DNA of 64,000 nucleotides from positions 864,001 through 928,000 of the forward strand of contig OZ245040.1 in the NCBI GenBank assembly GCA_965224195.1. Direction: 5' to 3'. Shown here in pieces: positions 10,699 to 20,998 of the stretch. Position 1 is the stretch's first letter; each line of letters begins with the position of its first letter. Source of the stretch: Nitrosopumilus sp. (GTDB lineage: Archaea > Thermoproteota > Nitrososphaeria > Nitrososphaerales > Nitrosopumilaceae). Made by a program: the position numbers and the translations under genes. A model generated the notes under the pieces. It did no database searches and was not told where the DNA came from. It saw only the letters and a list, made by a program, of their open reading frames with translations.

Positions 10699-11891
10699 TA
10701 CCTGACTTAGATTCACAAATTGGGATTTCAGTTTACAATACTAAATTCCCTGGTATAGGGGGTAAGATCCGAGTTGAACCTGAAGATTTCCAAGTTAGTG
10801 AATTAATTTCTGAAAAATCTAAAAAATCAATTAATGATCAACATGGATATGCTGTGTATAAATTAAAAAAGAAAAAAATTGACACCAATCATGCACTATC
10901 TGGGATTTTTAGACAAAAAGGTATCCGATTAAAATCTCTTGGATTAAAAGATGCATCCGCAGTTACAGAACAATTTGTTTGCTCTGGAAATAAGGGAAAA
11001 CCTATAGAAAATTTTTCTAGTGATAAATATTCTCTAGAGCACTTAGGTTTTGTAAAAAAACCGTTATCAAAAAAAGATATGATTGGAAATCATTTTAAAT
11101 TAAAAATCTCTGACTATAAAAATAAATTAGAATCTTTTACAGAATATGATAAAATTCTTAATTTTTATGGTTATCAGAGGTTTGGCTCTAAAAGACCAGT
11201 CACTCATCTGATTGGTAAGTCCATTTTACAGCAAGATTTTGAGAAAACTGTTGATTTGATATTATCATTTACCTCTTTGTATGATTCTAAGGAAAATACT
11301 GAAATCCGTCAAAAATTATCTGATAAGGCCAACTATCAGCAATATTTTGATCAGGTTCCACTTCAAATGGATATTGAAAGAATTGTTTTAAAGGAAATGA
11401 TAGAACATGGAGAGCCAATTCGTGCAATCAGGGCAATTCCTGTTTCATTAAGACGGTTTTATATTCAAGCATACCAATCTTTTATTTTCAATCAATCACT
11501 AAGTGCTGCATTTTTAGATGGTGAGGATCTTTTTGAAGCACAAACAGGAGATGTTTGTTTTGATGATCATGCTATTATTGGAAAATATGTTAAAGGCATG
11601 GATCAAAATTTAGCATTACCATTTGTTGGTTATTCATACTACAAAAAAACACGGTTTGATTTTCAAATTTCAAAAATCCTTCAACAGGAAGAAATTTTCC
11701 CAAAAGATTTCTTCATTAAAGAAATGCAAGAAGCAAGTAGTGAGGGTGGGTTTAGACAAGCTGCAATACAATGCTCAGATTATTCTGCACATGATGATAT
11801 TGTAGAATTTTCATTATCTAGAGGATCTTTTGCAACTATTTTGTTACGAGAGATAATGAAACCTCAAGATCCTATAATTGCAGGTTTTTAA
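10695..11891 (+). CDS. truD: tRNA pseudouridine(13) synthase TruD
   Basis: GLKD, NFYGYQRFG, LSRGSFATILLREIMK. Confidence 0.94.
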   Translation: MIPDLDSQIGISVYNTKFPGIGGKIRVEPEDFQVSELISEKSKKSINDQHGYAVYKLKKKKIDTNHALSGIFRQKGIRLKSLGLKDASAVTEQFVCSGNKGKPIENFSSDKYSLEHLGFVKKPLSKKDMIGNHFKLKISDYKNKLESFTEYDKILNFYGYQRFGSKRPVTHLIGKSILQQDFEKTVDLILSFTSLYDSKENTEIRQKLSDKANYQQYFDQVPLQMDIERIVLKEMIEHGEPIRAIRAIPVSLRRFYIQAYQSFIFNQSLSAAFLDGEDLFEAQTGDVCFDDHAIIGKYVKGMDQNLALPFVGYSYYKKTRFDFQISKILQQEEIFPKDFFIKEMQEASSEGGFRQAAIQCSDYSAHDDIVEFSLSRGSFATILLREIMKPQDPIIAGF

Positions 11892-11960
11892 GATCTGTTT
11901 TAAAAATATAATTTTTTAGATGTCTTTAAGTTGGTGTGTTTTTAAGAAAATATGATTTAA

Positions 11961-12191
11961 TTGGAAAAAGCATACATGTTGATTAGCTGTGAGATTGGAG
12001 AAGAACAATCAATATATTCACAATTAAAAGAAATTCCTGAAATCAAAAGTTGTTTGATCACTTATGGGAGTTATGATGTTGTAGCTGAATTTGTAACTGA
12101 TTCTGCTTCACAAATAAATGAAATAATTATATCTAAAATCCGAAAATTGCCTAAAATTAGAAGTACAATTACTCTTCGTGTTACAAATTAA
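11961..12191 (+). CDS. Lrp/AsnC ligand-binding domain protein
   Basis: TYGSYDVVAE...IRSTITL. Confidence 0.88.
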   Translation: MEKAYMLISCEIGEEQSIYSQLKEIPEIKSCLITYGSYDVVAEFVTDSASQINEIIISKIRKLPKIRSTITLRVTN

Positions 12192-12391
12192 TTTTTTTTG
12201 AGAATTACAAATCCGATACTCAAAATGATTATTCCTGCAACCATTATCTGCAAGCCATTACTTACCCATTCTGGGTTTGCATACATGAATGATGATTCTG
12301 GTCCCACTATTGATTGACCTTGAAGATGAAAAATCAAACCAAATATTCCTATAATAATCCCAATTATTGTAAGGATTTTTCCACCTTTCAT
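12188..12391 (-). CDS. small two-TM membrane protein
   Basis: MKGGKILTIIG... two hydrophobic segments; start taken at internal ATG. Confidence 0.7.
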   Translation of the reverse strand: MKGGKILTIIGIIIGIFGLIFHLQGQSIVGPESSFMYANPEWVSNGLQIMVAGIIILSIGFVILKKN

Positions 12392-12494
12392 GACCTTTTT
12401 TCTTAATTCTACTAAAAAAGGGTAAAGAGAATTGATAATTTGAGTAAATGATTTTTGGATTTGGTTTTTAATTATTTTCTTTTGAATCAATAAA

Positions 12495-13181
12495 GTGTCC
12501 AACTGGAATGATTACCAAGAATCAAGTGTGCGTAGTCATATGGGGCTAATTTTATTTGCAGTCTCTGCCTCTCTTGCTGTCCTTTTGTTTCTGATTTTTC
12601 ATCCTCAAATTGAAACGATTAACAAAGAATCCCCAATTCTTATCAACATCATGTTTTTCCCTGCTATGGCTGTAGGCTTTCTTTATGGAATTAGAATCAC
12701 TGAAAGGGCTGTAAAACCGTCAGAAATCCGTAGCCCTGTAAAAAGATCAATTATCAAATTATTCTTGTTCTTTTTTGTAATTGGTGGAATGTTTAGTTCT
12801 GTAAATTTTGCAATTAATGGTGGTAGTATAATGCCTGATATGGAAATATTGGATGAGGGATTGTTGCCTTGGATCAACAATTTCATCACTGCAAACGGTG
12901 GTGCAACTTTCCTGATTATCACAAGTATTGGTTTGATGGCAGCTGCCACTAAACGAATTGTTGGAATGAATACTGGAATAGTAAATAGAATGGTTACATT
13001 TGTTGGGACGTTTGTATTTTTTACAATGCTTGTGTTGAGTTTTACAAAATCTGATCCTACATCATCTGGAGTTTTCTTGTATACATTTTATCAAGCTGGG
13101 ATTGTGGGTGGAGCATTTTTTGCTATGAATCGTCTCACTAAAAATCAAAACATGGTAGAAGATTTTACAAATGGATACTAG
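12495..13181 (+). CDS. multi-pass membrane protein
   Basis: 228-aa ORF, about six TM segments. Confidence 0.75.
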   Translation: MSNWNDYQESSVRSHMGLILFAVSASLAVLLFLIFHPQIETINKESPILINIMFFPAMAVGFLYGIRITERAVKPSEIRSPVKRSIIKLFLFFFVIGGMFSSVNFAINGGSIMPDMEILDEGLLPWINNFITANGGATFLIITSIGLMAAATKRIVGMNTGIVNRMVTFVGTFVFFTMLVLSFTKSDPTSSGVFLYTFYQAGIVGGAFFAMNRLTKNQNMVEDFTNGY

Positions 13182-13182
13182 A

Positions 13183-13437
13183 TTATTTCCATTTTGATGG
13201 ATCTACATAAATTCCTGATGCTTCATTGTTAATTCGCTCTCTGTATTTTATACAATCATCTGGTACAAAATCATTTGATTTACATTCGTCAAATTGAGCA
13301 GTATTATCTCTTGAAATATTATCTGCAAATAACACATCATCTGCGGTAAAGAGTGCAATGAGGCCTATTGCTGCTAAGCTAGCTGATACTAAAATCATTG
13401 AGTATCCTACTTGAGCATAATTGTGAGGTTCTTTCAT
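13183..13437 (-). CDS. hypothetical membrane-anchored protein
   Basis: 84-aa ORF, one TM. Confidence 0.7.
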   Translation of the reverse strand: MKEPHNYAQVGYSMILVSASLAAIGLIALFTADDVLFADNISRDNTAQFDECKSNDFVPDDCIKYRERINNEASGIYVDPSKWK

Positions 13438-13557
13438 TTACGTGGAATCCATAACTCTCGAATTTAATCTTTTCAAGTTGAGATTTTGCGATCAAATTAT
13501 TAGCAATAGGGATTTTTTTGGGAAAAGCTGAAAAGAAAGTACTAGAAATTATCTTCA

Positions 13558-14058
13558 TTGAGTATTCAAATTCTACAATACGAGTTTCTTGGACCTATTC
13601 CTCTTGACGAATGGGGTCCTCCAATGGAAAAATTGGTCTACCTGATTCTTTCTAGAGATAAAGACAATTTCAATATTGTATATGTGGGCGATTGTGAAAA
13701 GACTGAAGATACATCATTTTTTATCAAACATTCTCAATACAAATGCTGGATTGAACATTCAGGCTCTGAAAAATCATTACATTTAGCAATCTTACCCCTT
13801 TTTGAATCTGATATTAAGCGTAGAAAAATTGTATTTCAAAAGATAATTGATCATTACAAACCTCTTTGCAATTCTGTAGATGTTTCAGAATCAAAATCTG
13901 ATTACGTAGTACGAAAATCTGAAGAAGCAAATACAGAATTAGAAAAAATTACTTGCCTTTGTTGTGGAGCTGAAATGAAACCTGAAAAACTTCTTGAAAA
14001 ATCTACTCTTTTTAGATGTACAGGCTGTGGGCTAAGTGACACTAAGATGAATTGTTAA
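13558..14058 (+). CDS. hypothetical protein, GIY-YIG-like N-terminus and C-terminal Zn ribbon
   Basis: LVYLIL...IVYVG; CLCC...CTGC. Confidence 0.65.
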   Translation: MSIQILQYEFLGPIPLDEWGPPMEKLVYLILSRDKDNFNIVYVGDCEKTEDTSFFIKHSQYKCWIEHSGSEKSLHLAILPLFESDIKRRKIVFQKIIDHYKPLCNSVDVSESKSDYVVRKSEEANTELEKITCLCCGAEMKPEKLLEKSTLFRCTGCGLSDTKMNC

Positions 14059-14281
14059 TTTTATTTTGAACATCAAATAATTGTAAAGTTAACAAATCAA
14101 TAGCTTTTTTCAAATGTTGAAATTCATTTATTGAATGCATTTGACCTTCCACAAGAGCTCTTTGAACTTTAATTGAATTTTTTTGGAAATCATCTGATGC
14201 AACAATTTCCATGGCGTTCAGTTTTGATAACAAATTATCTAAATCTTTAATCATCTCATCTGATGGTTTGTGTTTGTCCAT
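14042..14281 (-). CDS. hypothetical protein
   Basis: 79-aa helical ORF. Confidence 0.7.
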   Translation of the reverse strand: MDKHKPSDEMIKDLDNLLSKLNAMEIVASDDFQKNSIKVQRALVEGQMHSINEFQHLKKAIDLLTLQLFDVQNKINNSS

Positions 14282-14313
14282 GATTTAATGAAATTATTTT
14301 AATATATGAATCG

Positions 14314-14466
14314 TTACAAAAGATCCTCATCAATTTCTTGAATAGGATCTAAATATTGTTGACATGTGCATGCTGGAATTTGACATTCTGCTGCCTTCAT
14401 AAGGGAACTACTATTTTCATTTTTACTATGTGCTTCATCTGTATGGTGGCATCTTTTACAATTCAT
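14314..14466 (-). CDS. small Cys/His metal-binding protein (50 aa)
   Basis: MNCKRCHHTDEAH...CQIPACTCQQY; below ORF-track cutoff. Confidence 0.7.
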   Translation of the reverse strand: MNCKRCHHTDEAHSKNENSSSLMKAAECQIPACTCQQYLDPIQEIDEDLL

Positions 14467-14502
14467 ATCAAAAACATTCTCTCCTAATATTTAAGCCAAG
14501 AA

Positions 14503-15537
14503 TTAAGGAATTAAAACAGCTCTTGCTTCAATTTCAGAATCTTTTAATTTTTTGAGTGCTTCATTTGCTTGTTCTAATGGAAAGATTTGCGAAATAACTT
14601 CAATATTTTCTTCATCACATATCTTGATTACTTGTTCCATGTCTTTTGTAGAACCAATCAGAGTTCCACGAATTGTTTTTTCCTCAAATGGCATAAATGA
14701 TGGGTTCTCCCCAACAGTTGCAATCACGATTAATCCTCCTTTCTTTACTGATTTTATTGCAGTATCTGTGACTATGTCTGCCGGAGCAAATACTATGGCT
14801 GCATCTAAGGTACCGTGTTTTTCTTTTAATGCATCTAGAAACTCTTGTTGATTTTTAGAAAATACCATTACATCTGCGGCCCCTAATTTTTTAGCAACAT
14901 CAAGATGTTTCTGTGATCTTGAAAATGCAATGACTTCACAATTTTCTACTTTAGCAAACTGAATTGCCATATGTCCCACACCTCCAATTCCAAAAATTCC
15001 AATTTTTTTACTTTGTTTTGGTTCTGCAGCCTTTACTGCCTTGTATGCTGTAATGCCTGCACAAAATAATGGTGCGGCGTATTCTGACTTCATGTTATTT
15101 GGTACTTTGGTTGCAAAATCTTCTACAACTGTAATGTATTCTGTATATCCTCCTTTGAAAGATTCTCCTGTTATTATTGATGATTCACAAAGGTATTCTT
15201 TCCCTTCTTTACAGTACTGACATTCTTTACATGCTTCTAGAAGAGGAGTTATTCCTGCTCTATCCCCAATTTTAAATTTAGTAACTTTATCTCCAATCTG
15301 AACTACTTTTCCAACCACTTCGTGACCTGGAACTGTTGGTAATACTGGTGGAATTCCAATGTCTTTCCAATCTCCCTCAATTCCATGAAGTTGTGAATGG
15401 CAAACACCACAAGCTTCTATTTTTAATAAAATTTCATTTGATCTTTTAATTTCATGTTTATCAATTTGTGTAAGTTTTAATGGGTTTGTTTCAATTTTAG
15501 CACATTCTGAAAGTACCATTGCACGCATTTTTTCCAT
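14503..15537 (-). CDS. zinc-dependent alcohol dehydrogenase (MDR family)
   Basis: CGVCHS, GHE, structural Zn CxxCxxC...C, GIGGVG. Confidence 0.93.
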   Translation of the reverse strand: MEKMRAMVLSECAKIETNPLKLTQIDKHEIKRSNEILLKIEACGVCHSQLHGIEGDWKDIGIPPVLPTVPGHEVVGKVVQIGDKVTKFKIGDRAGITPLLEACKECQYCKEGKEYLCESSIITGESFKGGYTEYITVVEDFATKVPNNMKSEYAAPLFCAGITAYKAVKAAEPKQSKKIGIFGIGGVGHMAIQFAKVENCEVIAFSRSQKHLDVAKKLGAADVMVFSKNQQEFLDALKEKHGTLDAAIVFAPADIVTDTAIKSVKKGGLIVIATVGENPSFMPFEEKTIRGTLIGSTKDMEQVIKICDEENIEVISQIFPLEQANEALKKLKDSEIEARAVLIP

Positions 15538-15731
15538 AAATTCAATAATTCATCACGAAATTTTAACATTTGTAATTTTGATTATTAAATCCAACCATTG
15601 TTAAATTTCAAAAATTTAATTTGTAATCTCTGCATATGACAATTATTCTTAGACTCATATGGGATTATTTTTAGAATTTAGTATCCAGTGGGTGTTGAAA
15701 TTATCATCAATCTGATAAATCCAATGGTCAG

Positions 15732-15763
15732 AGATTGGTCTATCCTAAGCAATAGACCAATCT
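15732..15763. promoter_or_regulatory. perfect 12-bp inverted repeat (operator-like)
   Basis: AGATTGGTCTAT-N8-ATAGACCAATCT in divergent intergenic region. Confidence 0.45.
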
Positions 15764-15808
15764 TGCTTTTACGCTAAGATTTATTTGTAAAATTAATAAA
15801 TTGTGCAC

Positions 15809-16042
15809 ATGGCTGAAATTACAGATGAAGATCGTGAGAGGGTTAAATTATTACAACTCATTACAAGTTCTAAACATGAATTCAAAAAACTAACTCTGGA
15901 ACAATTAAAAAGATTACAAGAACTAGTTGAAAAAAAAGATTACAGTCATGATAAAAAAGCACACAAATCTAAAGTCAAATTACTAGCTAGGATTAACGTT
16001 AGAATTTATGAATTAACTGAAGGAAAAGGAATCTGGAATTAG
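15809..16042 (+). CDS. hypothetical basic protein
   Basis: 77-aa ORF from ATG. Confidence 0.7.
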   Translation: MAEITDEDRERVKLLQLITSSKHEFKKLTLEQLKRLQELVEKKDYSHDKKAHKSKVKLLARINVRIYELTEGKGIWN

Positions 16043-16086
16043 CCTATGCCAATTAGGTACAAATATTCAAACAAATCTGATAAGAT

Positions 16087-18114
16087 GTGGTAGAAAATAA
16101 TCTTATTCATGAAAGTAGTCCTTATCTATTACAACACGTGAATAATCCTGTTAATTGGTATGCTTGGAATGATGAGTCCTTAAAAAAAGCAAAAGATGAA
16201 AACAAACCCATTTTCTTAAGCATTGGTTACAGCGCTTGCCATTGGTGCCATGTAATGGCTCATGAATCTTTTGAAAATGAAGATGTGGCTGAATTTATGA
16301 ATGAACATTTCATTAACATAAAAGTTGACAGAGAAGAAAGACCTGATATTGATGATATATATCAAAAAGTTTGTCAAATAGCTACTGGTCAGGGTGGTTG
16401 GCCGTTGAGTATTTTCCTTACACCTGATCAAAAACCATTCTATGTTGGTACCTATTTTCCTGTTTTGGATTCTTATGGTCGTCCTGGATTTGGAAGTATT
16501 TGTAGACAACTCTCACAAGCATGGACAGAAAAACCAAACGATATAGAAAAATCTGCTGAGAAATTTGTTGCTACATTACAAAAAACTGAAACAATGCAAA
16601 CTACTTCAAAATTAGAACGAGCCATTCTTGATGAGGCAGCAATGAACTTGTTTCAATTAGGAGATGCAACTTATGGTGGATTTGGTTCAGCACCAAAATT
16701 CCCTAATGCTGCAAATGTGTCATTTCTGTTTAGATATGCAAAATTAACTGGATTGGGGAAATTCAATGAATTTGCGCTCAAAACTCTCAAAAAAATGGCT
16801 AATGGTGGCATCTTTGATCAAATAGGAGGAGGTTTTTCTAGATATTCTACTGATGCAAAATGGTTGGTTCCTCATTTTGAAAAAATGCTTTATGACAATG
16901 CTTTGATTCCTGTAAACTATGCTGAAGCATACCAAATAACCAAAGATCCTTTTTATCTTGATGTTTTGAAAAAAACACTTGATTTTGTTTTACGTGAAAT
17001 GACTTTGCCTGAAGGTGGTTTTTATTCTGCATATGATGCAGACTCTGAAGGCATAGAAGGAAAATTCTATGTGTGGAAAAAAAGTGAAATTAAAGAAATT
17101 CTAGGAAGTAATGCAGATCTATTTTGTTTATACTATGATGTAACTGATGGAGGAAATTGGGAAGGGAATAATATTTTGTGCAATAATCTTAACATCTCTA
17201 CTGTTGCCTTCAACTTTGGAAAAACTGAGTCTGAGGTTAGCGATATTTTAAAATCTTGTTCAGAAAAATTACTCAAAGTCCGTTCAACAAGAATTCCCCC
17301 TGGATTGGATGACAAGGTATTAGTTTCATGGAATTCATTGATGATTACTGCATTTGCTAAAGGATACCGTGTAACTGGAGATGAAAGATATCTTAATGCC
17401 GCAAAGAATTGTATTTCCTTCATAGAACAAAAACTTTTTGTGAATGAGAAATTATTGCGAACTTACAAAAATGGAGTCGCAAAAATTGATGGATATTTGG
17501 AGGATTATTCTTATTTTGTAAATGCGTTACTAGATGTATTTGAAATTGAACCAAATGAAAAATATCTTAAATTATCTGTGAAACTAGGACATCATTTAGT
17601 AGATCACTTCTGGGATTCTGAAAATAATAGTTTCTTTATGACTTCTGATGATCATGAAAAACTGATTATTCGACCCAAGAGTAATTATGATTTATCTTTG
17701 CCCTCTGGAAACTCTGTCTCTGCCTTTGCTATGCTTAGGCTATATCATCTATCTCAAGAAAAAATATTCCTTGAAATCACTACAAAAATAATGGAATCTC
17801 AGGCACAAATTGCTGCTGAAAATCCATTTGGATTTGGATATTTACTAAATACAATTTCGATGCATATTCAAAAACCTGTAGAAATTACTTTGATTAATCC
17901 TGAAAATTCTGAAATACGGAAATCACTTCATCTAGATTATTTGCCTGATTCTATTTTAATAACAATTCAAACTTCTGCTCAATTAGAATCTCTTTCAGAA
18001 TATCCATTTTTTACAGGTAAATCATTTGAAGATAAAACTAGTGTGTTTATTTGTAAAAATTTTACTTGCTCTTTACCTTTACATACACTTGAAGAAATAA
18101 ACTCAAATCTTTAG
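16087..18114 (+). CDS. thioredoxin-domain YyaL/SSP411 family protein
   Basis: [28 protein letters not shown]. Confidence 0.93.
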   Translation: MVENNLIHESSPYLLQHVNNPVNWYAWNDESLKKAKDENKPIFLSIGYSACHWCHVMAHESFENEDVAEFMNEHFINIKVDREERPDIDDIYQKVCQIATGQGGWPLSIFLTPDQKPFYVGTYFPVLDSYGRPGFGSICRQLSQAWTEKPNDIEKSAEKFVATLQKTETMQTTSKLERAILDEAAMNLFQLGDATYGGFGSAPKFPNAANVSFLFRYAKLTGLGKFNEFALKTLKKMANGGIFDQIGGGFSRYSTDAKWLVPHFEKMLYDNALIPVNYAEAYQITKDPFYLDVLKKTLDFVLREMTLPEGGFYSAYDADSEGIEGKFYVWKKSEIKEILGSNADLFCLYYDVTDGGNWEGNNILCNNLNISTVAFNFGKTESEVSDILKSCSEKLLKVRSTRIPPGLDDKVLVSWNSLMITAFAKGYRVTGDERYLNAAKNCISFIEQKLFVNEKLLRTYKNGVAKIDGYLEDYSYFVNALLDVFEIEPNEKYLKLSVKLGHHLVDHFWDSENNSFFMTSDDHEKLIIRPKSNYDLSLPSGNSVSAFAMLRLYHLSQEKIFLEITTKIMESQAQIAAENPFGFGYLLNTISMHIQKPVEITLINPENSEIRKSLHLDYLPDSILITIQTSAQLESLSEYPFFTGKSFEDKTSVFICKNFTCSLPLHTLEEINSNL

Positions 18115-18431
18115 ATTTTTTTTAAATCTGTTGCAATAATATTTCCAACTTGCGGTCTTCCCATACTGTCATATCTTGATCTTGGCATTGCTATTGTCAT
18201 CTGAGTTTGTTGATATGATTTGATATTTACTTTTGGTTGTGCTTGTAGAATTGCTTCTAATAATGGCATTACTTGCTCTTTAGTTTCAGAATCTAAATTT
18301 TTTGCAACATTTTCTATGATCATTTGTTGTTGTGAAATAGGCTCGGTGGTGATGTTTTCAATCAAAGTTAATTGAATCATTTGACCATTATCTACTATTT
18401 GTGTAATTTTAAATTCATTTGTAGCTGACAT
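18111..18431 (-). CDS. hypothetical protein
   Basis: 106-aa ORF. Confidence 0.7.
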   Translation of the reverse strand: MSATNEFKITQIVDNGQMIQLTLIENITTEPISQQQMIIENVAKNLDSETKEQVMPLLEAILQAQPKVNIKSYQQTQMTIAMPRSRYDSMGRPQVGNIIATDLKKI

Positions 18432-18462
18432 TGTTATACTTTGTTTCTTTGATGATTTATCT

Positions 18463-18555
18463 TTAACGAATTGAAAAGTACAATGCTACACCTGCAGTCA
18501 CTACGGCAGCAGCAACTCCTAAGAAAAAAATTATCTTACTTCCATCTACATTCAT
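18463..18555 (-). CDS. 30-aa single-TM microprotein
   Basis: MNVDGSKIIFFLGVAAAVVTAGVALYFSIR. Confidence 0.5.
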   Translation of the reverse strand: MNVDGSKIIFFLGVAAAVVTAGVALYFSIR

Positions 18556-18654
18556 AGACTTTGTTTATAATGGTTGGAATTAAACTATACTGATTTTTTT
18601 AAAATCTGCTTACTGATGATTTCTACGTAAGTGTTTTAATAGAAATTTGCTAAT

Positions 18655-18820
18655 CTTTGATATCGCATGCTAACTGTATTCATACATCTGCGATAGTACA
18701 ACCAGTCTAACCTGTAAATGGTGCTTGTATCGTTCCTAGTTTTGGATGTATTCATACATCTGCGATAGTACAACCAGTCTAACAGGAGTCATAAGGAGTG
18801 TCCAATTGGGCACTCTTTCA
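18655..18820 (+). ncRNA. candidate structured ncRNA (interrupted by unit A)
   Basis: TATCGCA/TGCGATA stem enclosing TGTAT/ATACA; 3' hairpin GAGTGTCC/GGGCACTC then TTT; TATA-like TTTTAATA upstream; no ORF. Confidence 0.4.
18675..18783. repeat. unit A: 37-bp direct repeat, 35-bp insert
   Basis: TGTATTCATACATCTGCGATAGTACAACCAGTCTAAC at 18675-18711 and 18747-18783. Confidence 0.95.
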
Positions 18821-18827
18821 TTATAAT

Positions 18828-19157
18828 CTAGTCTGTCTTTTCAGGCACGATTTTTGCGTCTTGCATGGCTTCATCTTTTGGAGGATTTATGATTGCCTTT
18901 TTGATTAATGCTGCTTTGTCTTTTATTATCTGATTAAATTCTTTCATGTCCTCTAAACTTGGTGTTTGTTGTTGATTTTGATATGCTTGTAAAAATCCAG
19001 AATATACACATCCTGTAATGATTCCAAATGCTGTATCTGGAATTGATTTTATCTCGGGAATAAAATTTTCTGCTATTTGTTTATATGATTCTGATTCGCT
19101 AATGTAATAATCAATCAAACTATCTATGAAATCTTTGTTTTCTTTAGAAATTGCCAT
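18828..19157 (-). CDS. hypothetical protein
   Basis: ORF of about 109 aa. Confidence 0.75.
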   Translation of the reverse strand: MAISKENKDFIDSLIDYYISESESYKQIAENFIPEIKSIPDTAFGIITGCVYSGFLQAYQNQQQTPSLEDMKEFNQIIKDKAALIKKAIINPPKDEAMQDAKIVPEKTD

Positions 19158-19232
19158 CATTATTGTCTTTATTTCCTAGTTTATTTAATTGTCTTTGATT
19201 AATCGTTTATTTATTCATCAACTCTTTGCAAG

Positions 19233-19691
19233 ATGTTGTGGAAATTAGAATCAGATGAGGGGTATTTTCGAATCTATGATTCCAAAAAACTCATTGCAGG
19301 ATATTTTGATCCTGATTATGGGGATATTTTACCCAAAGAAAATTCTGAAGAAATCATTTTTTCCATGTTGAAAAATCATGATAAAATTTTAGGTGGAATA
19401 CTTATGGTTCCTCTTGTTAAATTTAGATTATTTGACACTGATTTGAATACTTCATTGACAAATGTAGAATCTCAAGTAAATCGTGTTAATGACCATTTAC
19501 AAAAATGGAAATTATTTATATCTAAAATGAAATATGATTGGCATTCTGTAAGAATTTCTCATACTGACCAAGACATGCTTACTATATCATTCCAAATGAA
19601 ATTTTCAAAACCTACGCCTCTTGAAAATAAAGCATTACTTGAAGAACTCTTCAATACATTGGAAAATTTACAAAAATCTGAATTACTTTAG
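19233..19691 (+). CDS. hypothetical protein
   Basis: 152-aa ORF. Confidence 0.7.
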   Translation: MLWKLESDEGYFRIYDSKKLIAGYFDPDYGDILPKENSEEIIFSMLKNHDKILGGILMVPLVKFRLFDTDLNTSLTNVESQVNRVNDHLQKWKLFISKMKYDWHSVRISHTDQDMLTISFQMKFSKPTPLENKALLEELFNTLENLQKSELL

Positions 19692-19704
19692 TATATAAAA
19701 AAAT

Positions 19705-20394
19705 CTAAGGTAAATGTTCTTTTTTCCATTTTTCAGCCTCGTTAAAGCAGTTAAACCACTCTACTTCAATCTCATCTGAATCAAATTCATTTATTTCGTT
19801 TTTAAATTCTGAATCACATTTATTTTTCATATTTTCTGAAATTTGAATTACTTTTTGTTTGAGTACTTTATCTGGGGGTGAAAATTTACCTGTTTCATCA
19901 AATTCTATTATCCCTGCTTTTGCTAATTGAAATTCAATCAATCCTAAATTTTCATACTCATATGCTTCTTGAATTTGAGTATCTGATCTCACTTTGGCTA
20001 ATTCATCTCCAGTTCTAATCCATTTGATATACTCTACATCACTTTTTAATTGAGTTTCAGATGAAATCTTGAATAATTCTACTGAACTTTCAAACAACTC
20101 TGGGGTGACCAAGTTTTCATATTTAGAAATAATATTTTCAAATTTTTCTACATGTTCATCGTAGTATTCTAGCAGTTCTTCTTTTGTAATGTCCCCTTCA
20201 TTCCATTGTGTCTTTTCAGAATAAAATTTTGTTTGTAATTCTGCTACGTCTTGTTGAATTTGAGCAAGCTCATTTCCAAACTGAAACCCTTTCTGCTTGG
20301 CTTGCTCTGATGAATAGTTATATGCAATAATTGCAATGATGATAATAACTCCTATTGTCGCAATGGTGATATTTTGAATTTTATTTTTTTTCAA
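19705..20394 (-). CDS. membrane-anchored hypothetical protein
   Basis: N-terminal TM then helical domain. Confidence 0.75.
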   Translation of the reverse strand: MKKNKIQNITIATIGVIIIIAIIAYNYSSEQAKQKGFQFGNELAQIQQDVAELQTKFYSEKTQWNEGDITKEELLEYYDEHVEKFENIISKYENLVTPELFESSVELFKISSETQLKSDVEYIKWIRTGDELAKVRSDTQIQEAYEYENLGLIEFQLAKAGIIEFDETGKFSPPDKVLKQKVIQISENMKNKCDSEFKNEINEFDSDEIEVEWFNCFNEAEKWKKEHLP

Positions 20395-20681
20395 AGATAA
20401 TCTATATAATTTCCTTCTTCGTCTAACTTTAATTCAATTGTAAATTCAGTACCGCTGATAAAAGAGTTATTTCGTGTAGTTCTGACCCGTCCAATGACCA
20501 ACTCATATGGCCAAATCTCTACTACGATTGCACCCACTTTAGCTGTTGGCGTCTCTGTAATCTCCATGTCTTCACGCTTTACTCCGTGTCTTTCGAGCAT
20601 GTGTATGGCGTGGTCTAATAATGGCTCTGGATTATTGTAATTTAATACCCAAACCTTTCCTTCATAATCAATTTTTTGCAA
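20391..20681 (-). CDS. hypothetical protein
   Basis: 96-aa ORF overlapping next start. Confidence 0.7.
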   Translation of the reverse strand: MQKIDYEGKVWVLNYNNPEPLLDHAIHMLERHGVKREDMEITETPTAKVGAIVVEIWPYELVIGRVRTTRNNSFISGTEFTIELKLDEEGNYIDYL

Positions 20682-20714
20682 TTTGAAACAATCCTAAATT
20701 TACTCATATAACAA

Positions 20715-20948
20715 TTATTCGGGAACTATGACATTTAGGGTCATTGTACTAGCAACTCTGGATAATTTTCTAATAGTTGCAATTACTTTTTCAAATTCAT
20801 CCTGATTACTAGTTTGAATTTCAGCAATCACATCATATGCACCAAACGTAAGATATGCATTTCCAATATCCTGCATTTGTTTTAATTCATCTACGATATA
20901 TTCTTCTGCTCCTAAGTCACAATTTAATAAAATGAATCCTTTGTGCAT
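20715..20948 (-). CDS. Lrp/AsnC ligand-binding domain protein
   Basis: TFGAYDVIAE...VASTMTL. Confidence 0.88.
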   Translation of the reverse strand: MHKGFILLNCDLGAEEYIVDELKQMQDIGNAYLTFGAYDVIAEIQTSNQDEFEKVIATIRKLSRVASTMTLNVIVPE

Positions 20949-20998
20949 TGGTTTATCTTAAATTAATTACGTAGTTCAAGTCTTTAAGTTTTACAGTG

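Noticed and set aside
14446-14460. CxxCH heme-binding motif in the 50-aa ORF
   Set aside because: No signal peptide, and the paralog has CxxCSH; zinc binding is more plausible.
18675-18783. Calling any single unit a canonical CRISPR array
   Set aside because: Only two repeats each, all eight repeats differ, most are demonstrably host coding sequence, and no cas genes are nearby.
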